From assembly GCA_049724395.1 (NCBI GenBank), contig JAUGWO010000136.1, positions 248,001 through 281,822 on the forward strand: 33,822 nt of DNA, in the 5' to 3' direction. Both the position numbers and the translations under genes were made by a program. This stretch comes from Spongospora subterranea f. sp. subterranea. Its lineage: Eukaryota. A model generated the notes under the pieces. It worked only from the letters and a program-made list of their open reading frames with translations, ran no database searches and was not told the origin of the DNA. Positions 25,882 to 33,822 of this stretch are shown in pieces (within the stretch, counting starts at the first letter, position 1; each line of letters begins with the position of its first letter).

Positions 25882-26473
25882 ATCAACGGCTGGCTACGGC
25901 TTCAACTTGCCAGACATTCTCATCAGTCAATTATACATTTATTTAACAGCACATATCTTGGATCATCCATAAACCGCAAGAACGGGATGTTCTCCGGTTT
26001 CACAAAGTCCATGGTGCCACCACTGAAAATACAAATGCTGTGCAGCCACATCAAGACGTATGCGCCGCAACTCGAAGTCTATCTCTCTGCGTCGTACAGA
26101 AAACTTCAATCGTTCCATTGTTTAGATTGGAAAAAAAAATGGCGTAAATTCCGATCAAAGATCTGAGTGATCCGCCTCAAGTTTTTCTCAAGACCCAGTG
26201 GCTCATACACGAGGACTTGCCTGCCGACAATCGCACACCCGACCCAGTGTGAATTGTCAAGCTATAATACAATGTTTAAGTGTGGATATTAATGCTGAGA
26301 CGTCTTACATTTAGCGGGATCAAATACAATTTTTGCTGAGGTTTAAAGTGTGCAGCTTCTCGCCAATGGCGATTGATGATTCGTGTCCCAGATACCTGCA
26401 GTAGGACTGAATCCAACAACGCAATTGACTGATGGGAATGCATGGCAAGTTGAAGCCGTAGCCAGCCATTCAT
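25882..26473. repeat. 51-bp inverted repeat pair (25882-25932 / 26423-26473)
   Basis: The arms match at 46/51 positions by manual alignment. Both encode NGWLRLQLA.HSHQSI, on opposite strands. Confidence 0.85.
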
Positions 26474-26877
26474 GATATCATTCGTCAGGCAAGTCGTTCC
26501 GGCGAGATTTCCATCAGCGTCCTGGAATCAATCTCCGACATGAACTGATGCTCCAGGCGGTAGTTAATCAAAGCCTCTGGCACGATACTGGTCGCCGTTT
26601 CAATACAAACTGTATTGAACTGGTCCTGTTCTGGCGCAACGAAGGTGGCCTCTTTGATCCAATCTTGGAATTTTCGTGCCAGAGCAGCAGTTTTCATCCA
26701 TGAGTACATATCAAGCATTTCATGAATTAGTTTTCTGAACTGAAATCATTAACACTTGGCAATTAAGACATGATGCCTCTACCTGGAATAAATTCCGAAA
26801 CCTTCTAAAGAAACTGAGTAATGTTCATCTGGAGTAAAACCTCCGGTCATCAAAATTTTGTGACACTTGTCTACCAG

Positions 26878-27030
26878 ATTTTTGATTTGGAACCTGTTAT
26901 TTAAAATTTTGACGGCGGCATCCCACGCCTCCCGTTTGAAGCCAGATTGCGCCTTTTTGCCAAGAACATTCGCTTGATGGATCATTTCTGAGATCCAACA
27001 TTCGTCCATGTCGTTTGTCCTGGCTCGAAC
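26878..27030 (-). pseudogene. Myb/SANT-like DNA-binding domain fragment (PIF/Harbinger accessory-protein type)
   Basis: MDECWISEMIHQANVLGKKAQSGFKREAWDAAVKILNNRF-QIKN matches the Myb_DNA-bind_3 pattern (G..GFK..AW...N.RF...Q+KN), with an internal deletion. Truncated. Confidence 0.65.
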
Positions 27031-27399
27031 ACGATCAGCGCCCATGATGAACCACGGAGTCTAGAATAATATCATGGGTGCGGACCTCAATATTTACGCT
27101 TGTCGTTGCGATCATGACCTGCTCGTCCATGAAGCGTTGTGGCGGTACTCGTCTATTTTCCAGTAATCTAACTCGCTTGTCGGTCGGTAATTTGGCTACC
27201 TCAATATTTAACCCATGATAATTCCGTGGGTTTAAGTCCTTGATATTTGACATCCAGACACCCCTATCTTGGCAAACTCATGGGTTTCGGATAAATCATG
27301 GGTGACACGGAGTTTTATCATGATATTATGCGTCATCCAGACACAGCCTTACCTACAGTCGCAAGTACAGTACGGAATGTCCTCATTAGTATTGTCGTT

Positions 27400-28000
27400 A
27401 TGTCGCCTGTTGAGGAGAAGCTCTCGCAGCTCGAGGCGAAGCTGGCTAAAGCGGAGGCGTATCTTAAAGCTGCCGAAGATGCCAACGACGAAAAACTGAT
27501 ACTCAAGTGGGGATCCTTGGTCGCGTCCCTCGAGAACACACACTCACAGCTTTTGGCTCTCCTGCGACGACCTGGTAAAAATCATCCATCATTTTTCATA
27601 CTTTGTGTTTGTTTTGAAATTTTTGCCAACTTGTTCATATTGATAATTTTGGTTCTGATTTGATATGATTCGTAGTGTTTATACTGATTATTTTGACACA
27701 CAGTTGAGGATTTTTCGCACGTGTGGTATTATTCTAGGCGTATGGCTCAGTGGCCATTCTATATTTCCACCCCGAGTAAACAAGCTTCATGCGTCATTGC
27801 GTCTGCAGTCTCAATCGCATACGGTATCAGAACGTGACGCAAGTCCGTTTATTTGCAGAATTACGCGGCTGCCACTACCGATGAAGCTCGCCTACACGCC
27901 ATGGCTTTTGGAAAACTCTCGAAGACTGAGCAGCTAACTGCGAAGCTCATTGCTTCAAAATTCAGGAATCGTAGCTTGGTGTTCATAACAGCGCCTGTGT
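27400..28000 (+). pseudogene. Coiled-coil N-terminal exon plus truncated putative P-loop exon (Crinkler/RHS-like effector style)
   Basis: MSPVEEKLSQLEAKLAKAEAYLKAAEDANDEKLILKWGSLVASLENTHSQLLALLRRP, then a GT donor. A downstream frame ends ...FRNRSLVFITAP, which resembles a pre-Walker-A strand, but no GKT follows. Confidence 0.35.
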
Positions 28001-28230
28001 GCTTCCTGGCCTCCCATTATATCCCTAGACCATGGAGTTAATGGCAATATATTACGATTATCTCTTTGAGTTACATAGTCTAAATCTACTGCATTTCAGT
28101 AGTGGTTTTAGGATTTGTGAGAAATGGTCATGGTCCCAAAATTTTGAAAGAATTGCATTACATAGTTGGATAAACGGAGTTTTGGTTTTATAGGGGAAAT
28201 TCACGGAAATAGGCTATTCGTAATATATTA

Positions 28231-28310
28231 CTCCCTCCGTTTTTTTTAGGTGTCCACTTCATAGGGGGTGGACTGTACCCAAAGTGGACACTTAAAAAAA
28301 ACGGAGGGAG
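28231..28310. mobile_element. 80-bp Stowaway-type (Tc1/mariner) MITE with TA target-site duplication
   Basis: TA|CTCCCTCCGTTTTTTTTAGGTGTCCACTT...AAGTGGACACTTAAAAAAAACGGAGGGAG|TA; 29-bp TIRs with one mismatch. Confidence 0.93.
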
Positions 28311-28871
28311 TACGATTATCTGGCCAGGCTTTTTTGAGGTCAATTTCTGCTCTATCGTCGCTTGCCTTCACATGGGTGGGCATTTTTCAGTCGCTCACAA
28401 TGCATTGATGCAATCGTATGATCTGGATGACGCTTGAGAAATTTTTCAAGAAATTGAATGCATTTTTCCGATGTCCTTTGGCCACTCCGATGCAGGTATT
28501 TGAGTTTCGACACCGAATGAATGATAAACAACATTGGCTTGTTCCCAATCAACAAGTTCATCATGTTTTAAAACCATGTTTTCATTGTTGCATCCCGTCC
28601 GCCAGTCATTGACATCAACAGCAGGTGATGTTGACTGCTTCTGCCGAGTTTGTCTCCGAACCTCACGATGTTCGTCCGATATGAGTATTTTCTTCTTGTG
28701 CTGGTAGTATCTCGCGCTGTCGCCAGTTTCTTTCGCTGGTGAAAAGTAACAGCGCATGTCGTAGTCAACATATTATCGATCCCCCAGATGGAGCCAAGGT
28801 ATAATTTGTGCTTCATTTTGGCTGATCGCTATGCGTTTTGTCCCTAAGATTGTGTTATTTTAGGTTCATAG

Positions 28872-29436
28872 GATCCAGAATCTGTACCTGCCGTTTTCAC
28901 ATGGCCGTATGGGGGGGAGAATGTTTTTATAACTGGATCCTTCAACCAATGGTCGGGGAAAATCCCAATGTATCGATCCAATAAGGATTTGCAGTGATAT
29001 TAGAGCTTCCTCCAGGCGTCATTCAGTATAAGTTCATTGTCGATGATCAATGGTGCAAATCTGATTCAATTTTGATTTGTGGTTTGATTCGTTGGACATC
29101 CGGAAGTTTATATATTAATTTTACCAGCTTTCGTTTAATACTTCTTGTCTAAAGGAGATTTGCCCCCAGATCAACCCACCGTTGTAGACGCACAAGGTGT
29201 CATCAACAACCAGATTGAGATCAAAGCTCCAGAACAGGAAAACAATTTCGAGAATGATGATGCTGACGGATGTGGAACATACGGTCAAGTAGAGCCGTGT
29301 CATGACAATTATGCGAAAGATCCCCCGCCACTTCCTCCACATCTTGGCATTATTCTTTTGAATTCTGACGAAATCGCTGGGCAAAATGATGCGGTAATGT
29401 TGCCTGTACCGCAACATGTCACATTAAGTCATTTAA
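28872..29436 (+). pseudogene. Broken, truncated AMPK/SNF1 beta-subunit copy (CBM48 + start of ASC domain), intron retained
   Basis: VPAVFTWPYGGENVFITGSFNQWSGKIPM...ILELPPGVIQYKFIVDDQW|RFAP/DQPT...DPPPLPPHLGIILLN...LPVPQHVTLSHL. Frameshifts at ~28989 and ~29165; the conserved 'T.RY..KYVT' C-terminus is absent. Confidence 0.8.
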
Positions 29437-29649
29437 TGGACGAAACGAACGGTGTCGCGACGCTGGAAGAAGTGCCAAAAACAACGAAACAAACAGGAGG
29501 ACAAAGCAATGGGTGTCGATTCTACTGCATTTCTTCTACTGTACTCCGAAAAGTTTGTTCTAGTATCTCACTTGAAGCCTGCGTCATGGGAAATTACCGG
29601 TACATTAATGCAGAGTATAAGCTAACATACACTAAATGGAGCTGCTCAC

Positions 29650-29896
29650 ATCACATTCTCGGTCTGTGGGTGACGTAATGTGTGATCATGTACACCGACG
29701 TGCCATTTTGCGACTGTATATGTTCACTTACTGTATCTATCACATTCTGGGTCTGTGGGTGCCGTAGTGTGTGATCATGTACACCGACGTGCCAGTTGGC
29801 GATTGTATATGTTCACATAGTGTATCTATCACATTCTGGGTCTGTGGGTGCTGTAGAGTGTGATCATGTACACCGAAGTGCCAGTTGGCGACAGTA
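29650..29896. repeat. 89-bp tandem repeat, right array (~2.8 units; partial unit resumes at 30425-30457)
   Basis: TCACATTCT(C/G)GGTCTGTGGGTG at 29651, 29740 and 29829 (period 89). Same unit and orientation as 25442-25607. Confidence 0.93.
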
Positions 29897-30410
29897 GTGA
29901 AACCTCCATATAAGGTACAGCCCATAAAAGGGACAGTTCCATATATGGTACGTTTTTTTTTTCAAAATAGCAGACCCCCGGATTTTCCATAATAAAACCT
30001 CTCTATAAAAAGTACAAACTCTGTTAAGTACGCACAGTATACACCCTTGGTTGGCCACAGAGTTACCTACGCTGCTCTATATATGGTCCATTTGGATCTT
30101 TCAAAATGTCGAACGCGGTGAATATCGATGAACCGACGTGTCCTGCATTAAGTCGAGCAGGGTAAGCACTTAGAACTTTCGCGACAAAAGCTTTCAAGCT
30201 TCGGATAATGCCAGCATCAAGCGGCTGTAGAATGGAGGTGACATTGGGTGGAAAAAAGCGACCAGTCACGGCACGTGGGCGCGGCCCTGCATGCGCAGCC
30301 CCTTGCGCGACCGCACATTCCGCATTAGGTACACACCACTCCATAAGGTACAAAATAAATCGATTTTGGAGCAAATTGGGTGTACTGTACCTTATATGGA
30401 GGTTTCACTG
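29897..30410 (-). mobile_element. Internally deleted pogo/Tigger-like DNA transposon
   Basis: TIRs GTGAAACCTCCATATAAGGTACAG (29897) and CTGTACCTTATATGGAGGTTTCACTG (to 30410). TA lies on the left and TG on the right. Minus-strand DDE_1 remnant FFPPNVTSILQPLDAGIIRSLKA. Confidence 0.9.
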
Positions 30411-30544
30411 TGTACCTGATAGGGCTGTGGGCGCTGTAGAGTGTGGTCAAGTACACCATGACGGGCCCAACCAAACATGTCATTTAGAAGTTCTCTCTTT
30501 CATTATTCCATGTCAAATCCAGTTCGCTAATCAACACTTTGTTG

Positions 30545-32267
30545 ATGTCTATTGCCGGCTTGTTCCTGTATTGCCCTCGCCTGAGCCGTTCCGAAGTTGA
30601 CGAGTACAACAAAATTATTGCGTTCTACCCTTCGGGATTGGAACAAGAACGGCAATCGCAGTTTCAGGGAATCGTCGAGGCGATTTCGTCTTTTTCAAGT
30701 ATTGAACGACTGTATTACTGATAAATCATATTCCGCGACCTTAATCCCTGACCTGCTTAGTGAGTTTGCACGATGTAGCGAGTGTGAAGTCATTCGCTGT
30801 CGCCACTTGACATTCTCAATGACCCGCTGTGAAACCGATTCGTACCTGGTTATTGCCGTCAGAGACATGGCCAATACCCTAAATCTCAGATCTATGTTGC
30901 AGAATTGCCTCAAAATGTTCCAGGTGTTGTAATATTTCATATTGTATCGGGTGCCAAATTGCGCTAAGTTCATTCCCTCGTAGCTGTTTCATCCGGCAAT
31001 CAATCCCGAGGCATCTGAGGAGGATCTGAAAGCCCTTCGCCAGACGTCGCAACGATTCCTGGACCTGTACGGTCCAAGTATTCAATTATCCTCTCCCTCT
31101 CTCGATATGTCATATAATGGTATTGATCACCAACAGTTTGGGCGATCTTCTGTCTCAATTTTTTCTTTCCACAGGAATATCTTTCTTTTCTGTTGACAGG
31201 TTTATATACTGCTCTTTACAAAATATGATCAACGCCGCTGAGCTCGAACTTTGCCCTGAGAAAGGTGTTGTGGATGGCGTTCTCTGGTTGTTAATACCGT
31301 CCTGATTTGTGCTGTTGACAGGAAGATTTTTGTGCGTTCTATATGATAAGAAGCTGCTTTGGAGCTGCGATAAATGTCCAGATTCACTCTATTGGCTTGA
31401 ACAAGATGTGTTCGCGAGTTTCAGAAAAGACTTTTGTCAAGATCCTGAGGATTTATTGTACCGACACCTCCATAAGTTCTTATCTGAATCGGTTATTGAC
31501 GTCGTCAACTTAGGTCTGACAACCGAACAATATCCACAATGGTGACATGGGACAGAACTGCAACTCCCTCGTGCCCTTACAGCATTCTCGTTCTTCGAGT
31601 ACGTGGTTTGTTCCAGCTCGTATAATTTTTTCTTTATGTTGACGAAGACAACAGTTTGGATTGCTGTCCATACATTTTCGGTCAAGTGTAGAGTGCTGTA
31701 AGGACGGATCCCGATTGTTACTGTCTTTACAACTTTTTTCTCTGCATTCGCAATTAAGGAATTATTCAAGAAAGAGGTATACATGTATGAACAGATTTTG
31801 CACTACCTCTGATGATTAATTACAGATCGGTGATGGAGCCGGCCCGATTTTTGTACTTTAATGGAATGAATTTAGCGATGAAGAACCATCTGAACACGAG
31901 CAAGAGCGACGATAATAACTGGTCGAAAGACTGTTTTGAGACAATATCCATTATTCAGGAATGCTTCCTGTAAGTAGCTTTAAGAATGTTCGAATGTCAT
32001 GGAATAGGCTTAATTCTGGCAGCATAGTTCGGATCAAACATCGATAGAAATCGTGTTGCAAAGCGCTTGTTCACGATGGATCGTTGGGAAAAGGTTCCCT
32101 CGAACAAATCGCGTGTATTTCATCGTCGTCAGCGAGTCATTCCACGATGTGGATGCAATCGAAGGTCAGCTCCTCACTAGACCCAACCGCTAACCCTATC
32201 TGATTTCGCTCTAGCTGAAATTGGGAAACTTGAGAACACAACATTCGAAAGCATTGCGCTCATATAA
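30545..32267 (+). CDS. CCZ1: Vacuolar fusion protein CCZ1 (Mon1-Ccz1 GEF subunit), multi-exon
   Basis: LFLYCPRLSRSEVDEYNKIIAFYP...GIVEAISSFS (longin 1), GISFFSVDRFIY, PARFLYFNGMNLAMK, WIVGKR...RVYFIVV; TAA at 32265-32267. Confidence 0.85.
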
Positions 32268-32358
32268 ATGAGATTGTCGTCTAGGGCGTTGCTATATCTT
32301 TATCCAATTCAATATTTTTTCCTATTAAAACCCCAGCTATTAGATATAGAATGGCGAT

Positions 32359-33822
32359 TTATATAGCACTTCTGTACTGATTGACATCAGTATAGACGTT
32401 CATGACCAACCCTTCACCCAGCCTCGAGATGTCGTGACAGACTTCCTCTAGATTGATCGCGACGTGGTTCACATCAATTGGGTACATATAATTCATGCAC
32501 GTTTTACCCAATCGGACGCGTTTACGTTGATGGCGATCGACCTTCAATTTGGCAACGATGACGTCGCTCCCCATATTGTCATAATAGAAAGTCGCTAATC
32601 CGGTGAAAGCCGATCAAAGATGCTCCAGATACAATTGAACGGGATTCACGCCGGCAGAACATGATTGCACCTTGTCTCATACGACATCGCTAGGTGGAAC
32701 AGCGCCTTTCCAATTTGCGACGAGATGAAAGCGGCGCCTTCTTGTGGGAGCAAGCGATGGTCATGATGGAGGACGTATTTAGGTTGCAACCTGATGAATA
32801 TGTCGAATTTGGCAATTGGAGTGTGGAACGCTGTTCGCCACAACAATGGTTTCGGAGGTAAAGGGCAATCAATAAGACCTTTAATGTGAGACAAGGATGA
32901 CTTGGCGATAACGACCAGACGAGATAAAAACTTGGTGGGATTGGGCTCTTCCACATGTTGATGATAAATCACGGAATGTGGCAACGCGTAGTCACTCGTT
33001 CGATGATGGATTGGCGAACAACGTCTAGATATGAGCAGGTTGCTTCGACCTGCAGATCGCCATGGAGATCAAGGACTAACGAGTATTTTCCAATCATGGA
33101 CACTAATCAAGTGCGGAGAAAACCGGACGAATGCGGATAAAATTAATTCCGGGCAAAGCAGTGAACGGGAGAGGGTGCGGATGCGTGAGCGACAATCAGC
33201 TCAATAGCCTCCATGACTGAACTCACTCCCCATCAGATGCGCATTGACCCACCGTTTCGCCAAGCGAATCGCTGGCGCCATGACCGGGAACCGCTGTGTT
33301 GACCTGCGCAGCTCTCTCGCCATCATCGGTCGCTCAATAGGTCGACTCCATTAATCCGAGGTTCACGGCGTTTGTCCTTGGAGCATCACCATGGTTTTGG
33401 TGACGCCCGGATACCCGACTTCAGCACGACGAATGGCAATCTCTGGCGGTGGTAAGAGTCTATCCTGAAAGCAATGTTCTCACACCATACGATGATGTAC
33501 GATGAGAACGCGGTCGATGCGATGCCTTCTTCTTGCAACGAACTTTCCATCAATAAACAGCGCCGTTTTGATTCCTGGCGATCGCGGTCAGATTGTTCAG
33601 GCCGTTTCACTGATCGATTCGAATTGGACCACAACGCGAATCAGTGGTCTGGATACATCGATCGTTTTCAGCGTCCCTGTTGGCGTTATCGCACAGATCG
33701 ATGCAGAGCATGATCGGAAGCTCACGGGTCGGAGCTGGAGATGTTCAAAATGGAGATCGGTAGATCCGATAAACCTCTCAACGTCTTGCATAGCTTATGG
33801 TAGGCTTGCGAACAGGTACTGA
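32359..33822 (-). CDS. NOL6: Nucleolar protein 6 / Utp22 (Nrap) 3' part; runs off window; apparent frameshifts upstream of ~33000
   Basis: AKRWVNAHL...EAIELIVAH, AFVRF..LISVHDWK, LSRLVVIAKSSL...FHTPIAKFDIFIRL, and FYYDNMGSDVIV...INLEEVCHDISRLGEGLV are Nrap D5/D6 motifs. Confidence 0.8.

Noticed and set aside
27035..27253. Copia integrase-RT linker remnant (RRVPPQRF...EVRT)
   Set aside because: Only a faint resemblance; no LTR, integrase or RT motif to support it.
25600..29650. Helitron as the carrier of the cargo
   Set aside because: No convincing TC start or hairpin-plus-CTRR end at the cargo boundaries, and no Rep/helicase motifs seen.
29650..29896. Regularly spaced repeats as a CRISPR array
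   Set aside because: The whole 89-bp unit is repeated with no unique spacers, there are no cas genes, and the context is eukaryotic.

Overview
Compact, intron-rich eukaryotic genomic DNA with GT-AG introns of mostly ~50-70 bp and short intergenic gaps. It is not prokaryotic. The style suggests a protist or fungus-like genome, possibly a plasmodiophorid, but the taxon cannot be proven from this window. Housekeeping genes recognisable after splicing by hand: ataxin-10, TAF1A/Rrn11-like, a large ELYS/AHCTF1-like nucleoporin with an AT-hook tail, mitochondrial ribosomal S9, two convergent C2H2 zinc-finger genes, syntaxin-16, a G-patch (GPATCH4/PINX1-like) protein, cytosolic ProRS with an N-terminal ProXp-ala editing domain, CCZ1 and the 3' part of NOL6/Utp22. 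Accessory genes: an intronless Cps1/hyaluronan-synthase-like GT2 and a secreted orphan. Two mobile or relic zones: (i) 1-1650, with a Penelope-like RT relic and a foldback element; (ii) 25442-30457, a ~5 kb mosaic bracketed by copies of one 89-bp tandem repeat. The mosaic holds a Myb/SANT (Harbinger-type) fragment, a coiled-coil/P-loop-like fragment, a Stowaway-type MITE, an intron-retaining broken AMPK-beta copy and a deleted pogo-like transposon. No rRNA, tRNA or CRISPR arrays were seen. Exon boundaries were read by eye and are approximate.
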